A stretch of 64,000 bases of DNA from Candidatus Latescibacterota bacterium (lineage in GTDB: Bacteria > Latescibacterota > UBA2968 > UBA8231), in assembly GCA_965219385.1 (NCBI GenBank), contig CBDCNM010000002.1:1792936-1856935 (forward strand). The letters are read 5' to 3'. The notes below the pieces were generated by a model. That model ran no database searches. It had not been told where the DNA came from and saw only the letters and a program-made list of their open reading frames with translations. The position numbers were made by a program, and so were the translations under genes. Position 1 is the stretch's first letter. Every line of letters starts with the position of its first letter. Positions 1-9,086 of this stretch are shown piece by piece.

Positions 1-429
1 GGACTGGGAGATGAGAATGTCGAGGACGCGGCGGCGCTGGTCTGGAAAACGCAGCACCAGGGATACGTCTTCGGGGGAGAAGTGAACGGTTTTAAGAACC
101 CCCAGGACATCCGATACCCGGACCAGGGGGTTTTTATCGCAAAAAGCCCTCTTACCCTCTTTCTGCGCATAGTATATCCGCAGCTGGCAGTCGCGCCGGC
201 CGTCGTTGCACAGGGCCCGAATATCGAAGTGCTGCCCTCCGTGAGGTACGACCTGATGGTCTTTGGCCCCGCGTACGGACTTGCCGATGGACAGATAGGA
301 AATCGCTTCCAGGATATTGCTCTTCCCGTGGCCGTTCCTTCCTACTATCAATACCCGGTCCGCCTCTAAGGAGAGACAAAACTGGTCGAAATTGCGAAAG
401 GGCTGCAGTGTGATCGAACGGATCCTCAC
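1..429 (-). CDS. recF: DNA replication/repair protein RecF, N-terminal part (runs off the window edge)
   Basis: Not in the ORF track. Manual translation from GTG at 429 gives VRIRSITLQPFRNFDQ...LIVGRNGHGKSNILEAISYLSIGKSVRG...VHFSPED...RRRVLD, with the Walker A and RecF motifs. It lies directly downstream of dnaN. Confidence 0.93.
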   Translation of the reverse strand, partial: MRIRSITLQPFRNFDQFCLSLEADRVLIVGRNGHGKSNILEAISYLSIGKSVRGAKDHQVVPHGGQHFDIRALCNDGRRDCQLRIYYAQKEGKRAFCDKNPLVRVSDVLGVLKTVHFSPEDVSLVLRFPDQRRRVLDILISQS

Positions 430-443
430 CAGGATCGCTTACC

Positions 444-1610
444 TCAGCCGCTCGGCCGCAACGGCATCAACAAGCAAAAGTAATCCTCGCCTTCCTTCTG
501 CTCTGCCGGGCGCATTAAGGTTGCCGTGACCGAGTTATTCAGATCGAAGATCACCTCCTGCGAATCCATCTTGCGCAGGATCTCCATCAGGTAAACCGCG
601 TTGTAACCAATCTCCATTTCCTCTTGATCGTACTCGGCGGGAACAAGCTCGCGGGCTTCGCCGCCGACCTCCTGGCTGGTTGCCGACAACTCCAGGCTAT
701 TGCTGCTCAGGCCCATGCGTATCTGATGGGTATACGAACTGGAAAGGATGGATACTCGCCGAACCGCGGGCAGGAAGTAGTGGTTGGAAATCCGCAGTAT
801 TTTATCGTTCTGCTGGGGTATTACCTGCGCGTAGTCTACATAAGGCCCTTCGATCAGGCGGGACAGTAGATGGGTTTCGCCCAAATCGAAAAACACCTGG
901 CTTTCACCCAGGACCAGCTTCGCGGGCTCGTGCTGGCTGCCCAGGAGTTTGACCAGGTGACTGCACACCTGGGGAGGAATGATTACCTCGGCTGATTCCT
1001 CCTCTCCGATCTGTGCTTTTAAATCCGCCTTTTGATGGTACCGGGCCAGGCGGGTTCCGTCCGTTGCCACCATTTCCAGGCCTTCATTGTCCAGGCGCCA
1101 GAGGACGCCGTTCAACACGGGCTTTGTTTCATCCTTTAAAACGGCGAATCCCGTTTTGTTGATCATATTGCTCAGGACCTGCGAATCCAGCTCTCCAGAG
1201 GCGCCAAAGTCTATAGAAAGGCCGCTCAGGGAGGTCGGCATACCCGGAAACTCATCGGGCGGCATGCCTGCCAGGGCGTAGGTACCTTCACTACCCTCTG
1301 CGGTGTCCAGTTTGCCGCTGAGCAACAAACGCTCCTCGCGGACCTCTAAGCTCAGCTCGGCTTCGGGCCATTCTCTTGCAATCTCGGCAAAGGTGCGGGC
1401 AGGCGCGGTGATCCTCCCCGGCTGGTGAACCCTGGCCGGGATGCTGGTACTTATGGATAAATCGAGATCCGTAGCCCCTAGAGAGAGACGGTCCGCTTCG
1501 GCGTTGAGGAGGAGGTTGGAAAGGACCGGCAATGCCGGTTTGGAGGGGACTATGTCCAGAACCGCGTCAATGCCTCGCCACAGTTCGTTGCGCTCGATCG
1601 TCAGTTTCAT
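444..1610 (-). CDS. dnaN: DNA polymerase III beta sliding clamp
   Basis: 388 aa with the motifs ATDLDL, PVLNGV, VATDGTRLA, SRLIEGPYVDY and C-terminal LLMPLR. Sits between dnaA and recF. Confidence 0.97.
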   Translation of the reverse strand: MKLTIERNELWRGIDAVLDIVPSKPALPVLSNLLLNAEADRLSLGATDLDLSISTSIPARVHQPGRITAPARTFAEIAREWPEAELSLEVREERLLLSGKLDTAEGSEGTYALAGMPPDEFPGMPTSLSGLSIDFGASGELDSQVLSNMINKTGFAVLKDETKPVLNGVLWRLDNEGLEMVATDGTRLARYHQKADLKAQIGEEESAEVIIPPQVCSHLVKLLGSQHEPAKLVLGESQVFFDLGETHLLSRLIEGPYVDYAQVIPQQNDKILRISNHYFLPAVRRVSILSSSYTHQIRMGLSSNSLELSATSQEVGGEARELVPAEYDQEEMEIGYNAVYLMEILRKMDSQEVIFDLNNSVTATLMRPAEQKEGEDYFCLLMPLRPSG

Positions 1611-1652
1611 ACAAGATTATGGGGTTGTATCTGTATTTACTTAATACTATGA

Positions 1653-1681
1653 AAGTTAAATATATACAGGGGCTCTGTCAA
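1653..1681 (-). promoter_or_regulatory. Putative sigma70 promoter of dnaN
   Basis: Minus strand TTGACA-N17-TAACTT, about 40 nt upstream of the dnaN start. Confidence 0.55.
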
Positions 1682-1910
1682 GTCTATTCCGGGCCTTGAG
1701 GCGTGCTTTTCGCGGTGTTTTGGGTATGATTAAGTTTCATATTTTATAACATATTATCCATTAGTGGTCAATCCGGGATGAGATGCGGGCGGCTCGTATC
1801 TCGTATATTTTAAAGATAAAAACTGCCCTTATGTTCAGGTGTGTATGATATAGAAAAATTAGTGTGTGTAGCCGTTATTCTTTCTTTCCACAGGGCAACT
1901 ATATCTGGGA

Positions 1911-1972
1911 TATAATTTTTATAATAAATATTATTGTAGAGGTTCTAGTAGGGGGTGTGGATGTGTGGATAA
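1911..1972 (-). promoter_or_regulatory. Origin unwinding module: tandem DnaA boxes, C-run, DnaA-trio-like repeats, AT-rich tract
   Basis: Minus strand reads TTATCCACA-CATCCACA-CCCCC-TACTAGAACCTCTACAATAAT-ATTTATTATAAAAATTATA. Confidence 0.75.
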
Positions 1973-2250
1973 GCTGTTGAGGACCGCTCCCTTTCCAAGT
2001 CTTTGAACATCTTCATTAACAATAGGTTAAATACAATAACAAAAGGGTACAGGAGCGGCTTGAAAAGGTGTGGATAAGTAAGTTGACAATTCGAGATTAT
2101 CCACTTCCAACAGGGGTTCCGAGATCTTTCCACATTTTCAGGAATATATCCACACAACCTGTAAGCATTGGTGTGGATATTGGTGTGGATAAAATATTAA
2201 CCTGGAATGTCAAAATGGCATAGTGATATAAAAGGTTGAAAAATAAGGAG

Positions 2251-3690
2251 TCAGCTAGGTGAATGTTCTTTTTGAATGGAATCGGACAGGACTTCAACCA
2301 CCTGCGCATAGGAGGAATCGTCCCTGGCTCTCTTTTCCACGGTTTGAATTGCGTGGATCACCGTGCTGTGATCCCGGTTTCCGAAGTGGAGACCAATGGT
2401 TTTCAAGGGATTTTGAGTAAGGCGCTTGGCCAGGTACATAGCGATTTGTCGGGCGGCCGCGATGTCTTTCTTGCGGGTTTTTCCTACCAGTAATTCTGGG
2501 GTCAGGCCAAAATGCACCGCTACCTGCTGTTGAATGACCTCAATGCTCAACTGGGAGTCTTGGGACGACGTGCGCTCCTTGACGATCTGGCGTGCTGCTT
2601 CTACGCTCAGTTCCTCCAGCTGGTTCACCGAGCAGAAAGCCATCAGGTGGGTCAAAGCGCCTTCTAGTTCGCGGATATTTGAACTGATGAAGTTGCCCAG
2701 AAAAGTCGCCACGTCGTCGGGCAGGTAAATGCCATTGATCTCCGCCTTCTGGCGTAGAATAGCTATGCGGGTTTCAAGGTCGGGTGGCCCGATCCGGGTT
2801 ACCAGTCCCCACTGGAAGCGCGAAATCAACCTCTCCTCCAGACCTTCTAGCTGGTCTGGAGGACTGTCGCAAGTCATGGCAATAAGCTTGCCGTTTTGGT
2901 GTAGAGCGTTGAAGGTGTGGAAGAATTCGGTTGGTGTAGCTTCACCTTTGATAAGAAACTGAATATCGTCCACCAGCAAGATATCGGCGCTGCGGTAAAG
3001 ACGCCTGAATTCTCCCTGAGTGTGAGTGGCCATAGCGTCGATGAAATCGCTTAGGAACTTTTCAGAGGGCACGTAGGTCACTTTCTGTGCCGTCCCCTGG
3101 TTGCGGGCATAGTGGCCGATGGCTTGCAGCAGGTGGGTCTTGCCTAGCCCTACTCCGCCGTAAATGACCAGGGGGTTGAACTGAGTTCGGCCCGGTGATT
3201 TGGCTGCGTCCAGAGCCGCTGCGTGGGCAAACCGATTGCCTTCACCCACCACGAAGGTTTCAAAGGTGTAGCTTTCGTTCAGAGAAATGAATGGAGGAAG
3301 GTTCGAAGAGGATTCTTTGCCCTTGGACAGTTCCTCTTGGACTTCCTGTAGGTGTGGTTTTTCGGGTTTTAAACTCGTCGACGCGGATAGTGTCGGACCG
3401 TGACCCGGGACTAGAGCCGGTGCTTGCGCGGTCTCTTCATCGGCAACAATAAAGGCAATCTTTGGAACAAGGGCCGTGACTTCCTGTACTGTCTTCTGGA
3501 TCTTGTCCAGGTAGTTGGTTTCGACGTAGTCCGCGAAGAATGAGGTAGGGACCTCCAGAACCAGACTTTCGGCATCAAAGCGGCGGGCTCTGGTGGGACG
3601 GAACCAGGTATTAAAGCTTCTTGGGCGAACACTCTGCTCGATGTTCAGCAGGCATTGGGCCCAAAGCTCGTGGGGATCTTGTTGTGGCAT
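2251..3690 (-). CDS. dnaA: Chromosomal replication initiator DnaA
   Basis: YTFETFVVGEGNRFA, NPLVIYGGVGLGKTHLL, LLVDDIQF, RELEGAL and the domain IV motif RDHSTVIHA. Confidence 0.98.
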   Translation of the reverse strand: MPQQDPHELWAQCLLNIEQSVRPRSFNTWFRPTRARRFDAESLVLEVPTSFFADYVETNYLDKIQKTVQEVTALVPKIAFIVADEETAQAPALVPGHGPTLSASTSLKPEKPHLQEVQEELSKGKESSSNLPPFISLNESYTFETFVVGEGNRFAHAAALDAAKSPGRTQFNPLVIYGGVGLGKTHLLQAIGHYARNQGTAQKVTYVPSEKFLSDFIDAMATHTQGEFRRLYRSADILLVDDIQFLIKGEATPTEFFHTFNALHQNGKLIAMTCDSPPDQLEGLEERLISRFQWGLVTRIGPPDLETRIAILRQKAEINGIYLPDDVATFLGNFISSNIRELEGALTHLMAFCSVNQLEELSVEAARQIVKERTSSQDSQLSIEVIQQQVAVHFGLTPELLVGKTRKKDIAAARQIAMYLAKRLTQNPLKTIGLHFGNRDHSTVIHAIQTVEKRARDDSSYAQVVEVLSDSIQKEHSPS

Positions 3691-3948
3691 TTAAACGATA
3701 TATCGCGGGTTCTGAGTGGGGAGTTTGACACTCACACCAGGTTTTACCCGGCCTAGGGGTTGCACGCCGGAACCCGCTACCTGTTCAACTGTTAAAGAGC
3801 CAGCCTGCATAAAATGGCCAGCGCATCAAACTATGTCAAGCCCAAGAGCAGAGGTGTTTTCGAGAAAGGCGCATCCACTTGAATCACCCCTCTCGAAATC
3901 CGCTTCATCCCACGCATAAAAACCTGGGCTCTCTCGGAGATTTTCTGT

Positions 3949-3977
3949 AAGCTATTAAATGAGGGCTTTTGCGTCAA
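3949..3977 (-). promoter_or_regulatory. Putative sigma70 promoter of dnaA
   Basis: Minus strand TTGACG-N17-TAGCTT in the dnaA/rpmH divergent spacer. Confidence 0.45.
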
Positions 3978-4033
3978 GGGTTTTTGCTGGTTAAATGGGG
4001 TGAATTCGACCCCTGATTTCGATTTGAAATGGA

Positions 4034-4061
4034 TTGACAGTAGAGAATGTACCCCTATATT
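4034..4061 (+). promoter_or_regulatory. Putative sigma70 promoter of the rpmH operon
   Basis: TTGACA-N16-TATATT upstream of rpmH. Confidence 0.5.
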
Positions 4062-4135
4062 TATAAGCTTCAATTACTTCTCAATTTTGCAAAACAATCA
4101 TTGGATTTTTTCTCGATCGAACAGGGAATAATCGC

Positions 4136-4270
4136 TTGAAACGCACCTACCAACCCAGCAATAGAAAACGTCACAACAAGCACGGCTTTCGCAAACGCAT
4201 GGCCAGCCCATCCGGTCGCGCTGTTATCAACCGGCGCCGGAGGAAAGGTCGCAAGCGTCTGGCTGTCTGA
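4136..4270 (+). CDS. rpmH: 50S ribosomal protein L34
   Basis: Not in the ORF track. TTG start; translates to [44 protein letters not shown] (44 aa). Confidence 0.97.
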   Translation: MKRTYQPSNRKRHNKHGFRKRMASPSGRAVINRRRRKGRKRLAV

Positions 4271-4312
4271 GTGCTCCGCCCAATCCACCCCGGTTGTCCG
4301 TGATTTTCATCT

Positions 4313-4561
4313 GTGCGCTGGATCAAAGGTCAAAGCTTGTGGATCCGCCGCCGGCGAGAGGGCTCTGGCGTTCTCCTGGCGGTCCGCGGAAAATTGGGGA
4401 AAGCCGTTGTGCGCAATCGCCTCAAGCGTCGCCTGCGAAGCATTTGCCGGGATCTGAAATCGCCTCCCGACGGTTTGGTCATCTTCCCCCAGGCTTCTGC
4501 CCTTCAAGTTCCCTTTAGCCGGCTTCGAGAGGAACTCGAAGACCTCATCTCCAGGCTTTGA
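4313..4561 (+). CDS. rnpA: Ribonuclease P protein component (short, 82 aa)
   Basis: RNR motif KLGKAVVRNRLKRRLR; canonical position between rpmH and yidD. Start is uncertain. Confidence 0.8.
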   Translation: MRWIKGQSLWIRRRREGSGVLLAVRGKLGKAVVRNRLKRRLRSICRDLKSPPDGLVIFPQASALQVPFSRLREELEDLISRL

Positions 4562-4576
4562 GGGGAGCCTGCCTCG

Positions 4577-4786
4577 ATGAAGCTACTCTGTATTTTTTTG
4601 ATCCATTTTTATCGTCTCTGTTTATCCCCCTTTCACCCCCCAGGCTGCCGCTTCCAGCCTACCTGTTCCAGGTACGCTCTGGAAGCTTTCAACAAATACG
4701 GTTGTTGGGGAGGTGCCCGCCGCGCTTTATGGCGGCTTTTGCGCTGTCATCCCTGGGGAGGAGAGGGCTATGACCCTGTTGACTGA
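4577..4786 (+). CDS. yidD: Membrane protein insertion efficiency factor YidD
   Basis: CRFQPTCSRYA...RLLRCHPWGGEGYDPV. Confidence 0.95.
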   Translation: MKLLCIFLIHFYRLCLSPFHPPGCRFQPTCSRYALEAFNKYGCWGGARRALWRLLRCHPWGGEGYDPVD

Positions 4787-4870
4787 GGAGTTTGGGTTAC
4801 TCGAGTTCTGCTGTTGGTCGGTTGCAGGCATGCTGTTTTTTTCATCATTCACCAGGATTGGTAGGCACTC

Positions 4871-6565
4871 ATGCAGGATAAGAGGACGCTACTAGCTTTT
4901 TTGTTGATCGGGCTGATTCTCCTGGCCCTGCCCTATTATTACGAACTGGTGGGTCCGGGGCCAAAACCTGTCGGAGAAGCCCCTCCCCCTGCGGCCGAGG
5001 AGCCTCTTCCCCTCGCGCCTGAACCAGAACAAGCGCCCTCTTCCCACAGGACCACAACTCAGCCGCCGGCGCCCGAGCGCCTTCTAACCCATGAACCCGT
5101 GGAGGAACTCCCGCACAAACCCTCGTTCACCCCTCGAGATATCGAGGTCCGTACCCCCCTACAAGAGCTTATCTTCTCGACCGAAGGTGGGGTTCTCAAG
5201 TCCGCTCTGCTGTTCAAATACCGCCGTTTGGGCGGAGAAACCGTAGATCTCATCCCCCCTGGAGGCCGTGGCTTGGTGCTTTCCCTGGAGCATGGGGAGG
5301 GCGAGAAGGACCTTTCGTGGATTGAATTTGTCCCCGACCAAGCCGGTATCCGGATAGGTCCTCAGGAACGGGCGACCTTGCGGTTCCGCGCCGAACTGAG
5401 CAACCACAGAGTCCTTGAGAAGGTTTTCCGGTTTTCCGGTGACCACTACGGCTTTGAAATGGACCTGCGCTACCTTGGTTTTGATCAGGAACCCCAGGTT
5501 TTTCTGGGCTGGGAGAACGGCATTGCCAATACAGAAGTAAACCCCGGAGGCGATCTACCCGGAGGGTTCGTCGGTGCCCAGGAAATAGGGGCTGTGGCTT
5601 ATATGGGAGGGGACTCGGCGGATCGTATCACTGCGGACGATGAGACTATGGTGGCGGAAAAAGGAGCTTTGAAGTGGGCCGGTGTCGCCAACCAGTATTT
5701 TTTCCTTGCCCTGGCTCCGCTGGATCAAGGCCACTACCGCCTGGAACTCCATCCCCAAATTTCCGGGCAGCCCTTTGCGTGGGAGAAATACTCCTTCAGG
5801 GTGGGAACCCGGCTCAGTGGCTCCGGTACCTGGAAAACCCTGGTTTATCCAGGCCCTCTCGACTACGAAGAACTCCTTATGTATCAGGTTGACCTGGAGC
5901 AAGGCATTGATCTTGGGTGGCCCATCATTCGGGATATCAGCAAAGTTCTGCTCATCGTGTTTCTGGCGGCCTATACCTACGTCCCCAACTACGGGTGGGT
6001 GCTCATCCTCTTCGCCGTTGCCATCAAGATCCTGGTTTATCCCTTGACCCACAAGTCCTACGAGTCCATGGCCAAGATGCAGGGACTCCAGCCCAAAATC
6101 GCCGCTTTGCGCGAGAAGTACAAGAACGACAACCAGCGCCTCAGCCAGGCGACCATGAAACTCTACAAGGAAGAGGGCGTCAACCCTCTCGGCGGATGCC
6201 TGCCCATGCTCCTGCAAATGCCCATTTTCTTTGCTCTTTACAGACTTTTTTACAACATCGAGTTGCGGCAAGCTCCCTTTGTACTCTGGATTGACGACCT
6301 TTCCCGGCCCGATGAGATTTTAATTGCCGGATTCGGCCTGCATATTTTACCCTTGTTGATGGCTGCTTCCATGCTCATTCAGCAGAAAATGACCATGAAG
6401 GATCCCAAGCAGGCCTTTCTGGTTTACCTGATGCCGGCTTTTCTTCTCTTTATTTTTTGGAGTTTGCCTTCTGGACTGGTGCTCTACTGGACGGTCTTCA
6501 ACATACTGCAGATCGGTCAACAAATGCTGGTCAACCGCCTTAGGCTCGGCCCGCAAACAAAATAA
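4871..6565 (+). CDS. yidC: Membrane protein insertase YidC
   Basis: N-terminal TM segment, periplasmic domain, then NYGWVLILF, GVNPLGGCLPMLLQMPIFFALY and PSGLVLYW. Confidence 0.97.
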   Translation: MQDKRTLLAFLLIGLILLALPYYYELVGPGPKPVGEAPPPAAEEPLPLAPEPEQAPSSHRTTTQPPAPERLLTHEPVEELPHKPSFTPRDIEVRTPLQELIFSTEGGVLKSALLFKYRRLGGETVDLIPPGGRGLVLSLEHGEGEKDLSWIEFVPDQAGIRIGPQERATLRFRAELSNHRVLEKVFRFSGDHYGFEMDLRYLGFDQEPQVFLGWENGIANTEVNPGGDLPGGFVGAQEIGAVAYMGGDSADRITADDETMVAEKGALKWAGVANQYFFLALAPLDQGHYRLELHPQISGQPFAWEKYSFRVGTRLSGSGTWKTLVYPGPLDYEELLMYQVDLEQGIDLGWPIIRDISKVLLIVFLAAYTYVPNYGWVLILFAVAIKILVYPLTHKSYESMAKMQGLQPKIAALREKYKNDNQRLSQATMKLYKEEGVNPLGGCLPMLLQMPIFFALYRLFYNIELRQAPFVLWIDDLSRPDEILIAGFGLHILPLLMAASMLIQQKMTMKDPKQAFLVYLMPAFLLFIFWSLPSGLVLYWTVFNILQIGQQMLVNRLRLGPQTK

Positions 6566-6581
6566 AACCTCCTTCCTTTCT

Positions 6582-7949
6582 TTGACCGAGTCCGATACCA
6601 CCATAGTAGCCATATCTACTCCCCCTGGCCAAGGAGGAGTGGGCTTGGTGCGTTTGAGTGGGCCTGAAGCCATACCCATCGGCAGAGAGGTATTTCGTTC
6701 CAGGCCTCCGCTGGGTGGACGCATCCGGCACGTTGAGTACGGACTGATCACCACGCAAGATGGCAGGGAAATCGACACCGGACTGGCCTGGGTTCTCAAG
6801 AGGCCAAAATCCTACACTGGAGAGGACACGGTCGAGATTAGTTGCCACGGCAGCCAAATGGTTCTGGAAACCCTTGTCCAGGCCGCTCTCTCCTGGGGCG
6901 CCACGGCAGCAGCTCCCGGCGAATTCACCCGCAGAGCTTTTTGCAATGGCCGTCTCGATCTTTTGCAGGCCGAGGCAGTCATTGACCTGATCCGCTCTGG
7001 TAGCCAGAACAGTCTCGACACAGCTTACGGATTGGCAAGCGGTCGTCTCTCGGCTCTGGTTAGAGAGCTAAAGTCTCTGATTATAAAGGCCTTATCACTT
7101 ATTGAAATCGGCCTGGATTTTACCGAAGAGGATGTAGGTGAAGTAGAGCAGCAGCAGGTGCTCGACCACATTCGGCAGGCCCTCGATCTGGCCAGACGTT
7201 TAAGCGATACCTTTGAGGGATCTCGGAGGCGACAAGGCGGCCTCTTGATCGCCCTCATCGGGCGTCCCAATGTTGGCAAATCCACCCTGCTGAATGCCCT
7301 GTTAGGGGAGGAGAGAGCTATAGTCACCCCTTTTCCCGGGACTACAAGGGATCTTGTCGAAGGTAGGACTGTCTGGGCGGGCGAGACCGTGCGGTTGGTA
7401 GATACCGCAGGATTGCGGAAGGGTGGTGAACCGGTTGAACAGGAGGGCATCCTGCGATCTCGAAAGATTGCTTCATCCGCGGATCTTGTTATTGCTGTTT
7501 TTGACGCCTCTACTGACTGGCAGGAGGAAGACTGCGAGGTGTTGGAATGGATCGGTCAAAAGCCAGCCGTTGCCGTTTTCAACAAAACAGATCTGCCGCG
7601 CAAGTTTCACAACCTTCCTCCCCATTTCTCCAGTTCGGTTTGTTGCGTTGATATTTCTGCACTTACAGGTGAGGGCCTCGTCCAATTGCAGCATATAGCC
7701 ATGGAACGAGTGCCCCGCCTTGATCTCGTCGAAGGGATTGGTTTAACCCGCCAGAGACATAAAGATTGTATCATCCAGACCATAGCTCGGGCTGAGTCAG
7801 CTTACCAGATGATGCTGGATAGGCAACTGGAAGAATGCATCGTTGCCGAACTCCGCGAAGCACTTTTCAGCCTTGGTGAGATGCTGGGAGAAGAAGTAGG
7901 AGAGGATGTTCTCGAGCGGATTTTCTCCGACTTCTGCATTGGTAAGTAG
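6582..7949 (+). CDS. mnmE: tRNA modification GTPase MnmE
   Basis: DTTIVAISTPPG, SYTGED, GEFTRRAF, GRPNVGKS, DTAG, NKTD and C-terminal FCIGK. Confidence 0.97.
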   Translation: MTESDTTIVAISTPPGQGGVGLVRLSGPEAIPIGREVFRSRPPLGGRIRHVEYGLITTQDGREIDTGLAWVLKRPKSYTGEDTVEISCHGSQMVLETLVQAALSWGATAAAPGEFTRRAFCNGRLDLLQAEAVIDLIRSGSQNSLDTAYGLASGRLSALVRELKSLIIKALSLIEIGLDFTEEDVGEVEQQQVLDHIRQALDLARRLSDTFEGSRRRQGGLLIALIGRPNVGKSTLLNALLGEERAIVTPFPGTTRDLVEGRTVWAGETVRLVDTAGLRKGGEPVEQEGILRSRKIASSADLVIAVFDASTDWQEEDCEVLEWIGQKPAVAVFNKTDLPRKFHNLPPHFSSSVCCVDISALTGEGLVQLQHIAMERVPRLDLVEGIGLTRQRHKDCIIQTIARAESAYQMMLDRQLEECIVAELREALFSLGEMLGEEVGEDVLERIFSDFCIGK

Positions 7950-7968
7950 GAGAAGGTATGCCGGGGGG

Positions 7969-7984
7969 TGTTTCACGTGAAACA
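7969..7984. promoter_or_regulatory. parS site (ParB binding)
   Basis: Perfect consensus palindrome TGTTTCACGTGAAACA. Confidence 0.92.
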
Positions 7985-8112
7985 CAACGGTTTTTTCCCT
8001 ACAAGGTAATGAGTCTGGCGCCGGGCAATCCCGCCGCGGCCGGTTAGGAGAGGATGTGTTGCCTCTTGGGCCTTTGGTGCAAGTCCCACTGGGGGATTTT
8101 GAGAGGGAGAGA

Positions 8113-8128
8113 GGTTTCACGTGAAACC
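8113..8128. promoter_or_regulatory. parS site (second copy)
   Basis: Palindrome GGTTTCACGTGAAACC, extending to 20 bp (8111-8130). Confidence 0.85.
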
Positions 8129-8151
8129 TCCGGAGATAGCAAACCGAAGGG

Positions 8152-8793
8152 GTGTTAATGCTAAACCTACCATGTGAGCTGGAGGAGGATTTTTCCAGAG
8201 TGGAAGAGTTAATAAGAAGAACTGTATCAGGGGAACCGGAAGAGGCTTTAGGGCAATTGCGCCATTATATCGGTCTGTTGCATCATTGGTCGGGTCGGAT
8301 GAGTCTGGTTTCAGTCGGGGATAGAGTTATTTTAGGGACAAAGCATCTTATGCCTGCCCTGGCAATGGTTCCGCTGGTATGTTCTCTACCGCACCGAACG
8401 GTGCTGGATTTTGGGTCCGGAGCTGGATTGCCTGGCATCCCATTAAAGATCATGCTGCCGGAGACGAGAATTACGCTGGTGGAAAGCAGGAGGCGAAGGG
8501 TTAGTTTTTTAAGAGAGGTGGTGCGGAAATTGGGGCTGCAAGGCGTCGAGATTATAAATAAAAGGCTGGAGGATTGGGGCGGCGCTAAAGCAGGAGGGGT
8601 GGATCTGGTTGTCTCGCGATCTGTAAATCAGGGGAAAGTATTGGATCAGGTAAGGCACTGCCTGGCGCCACATGGGGCAGTTCTGGTGAGCCTGGGGCGA
8701 GAAGGGGGGGCTAAAGGCGGTAAGGGAGTCGTTTTGTTAGAGAAAAATATGAGTTGGGGCGGGGGGAAGACCCGTTTGGGGTTAATGGCATGA
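8152..8793 (+). CDS. rsmG: 16S rRNA m7G527 methyltransferase RsmG
   Basis: VLDFGSGAGLPGIPL, LVESRRRRVSFL and DLVVSRS; origin-proximal position. Confidence 0.92.
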   Translation: MLMLNLPCELEEDFSRVEELIRRTVSGEPEEALGQLRHYIGLLHHWSGRMSLVSVGDRVILGTKHLMPALAMVPLVCSLPHRTVLDFGSGAGLPGIPLKIMLPETRITLVESRRRRVSFLREVVRKLGLQGVEIINKRLEDWGGAKAGGVDLVVSRSVNQGKVLDQVRHCLAPHGAVLVSLGREGGAKGGKGVVLLEKNMSWGGGKTRLGLMA

Positions 8794-8812
8794 AAGGCTG
8801 TTTTATCCAAGA

Positions 8813-8847
8813 TTATCCACAACCTGCCCACAGAGAAATGTGGATAA
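8813..8847. promoter_or_regulatory. Inverted pair of perfect DnaA boxes outside the main origin
   Basis: TTATCCACA at 8813-8821 and TGTGGATAA at 8839-8847; weaker TTATCCAAG at 8803-8811. Confidence 0.75.
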
Positions 8848-9086
8848 CCCAGAGCCCAGGAGTTGCAGTCGGTACCAGCGGATTATATGTCTGGATTACA
8901 ATAAGATAGCAATGCAAGGTATGTATGAGACTGATGTCAGGACCCGGTAATATCAACAAACCAAGTGAGCACTTTGTTGAAAATTAAAAAAACCTTTGCA
9001 AGGGTAGGGATTCACCCTATATTTTACTTCAATAAAGTCTCACACCTTTATTGAATTTGTAGAGAACTCGAACCGGATGAATTGAA

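Larger units (their letters stand above)
1611..2250. other. Chromosomal replication origin (oriC)
   Basis: AT-rich dnaA-dnaN spacer. Perfect DnaA boxes (TGTGGATAA) at 1964-1972, 2069-2077 and 2184-2192. Near-matches at 1884-1892, 2097-2105, 2126-2134, 2146-2154 and 2172-2180. Confidence 0.9.

Noticed and set aside
8931..8960. ATGTCAGGACCCGGTAA resembling the SRP RNA core
   Set aside because: It lacks the following GGAAG/AGCAGC half of the conserved helix.
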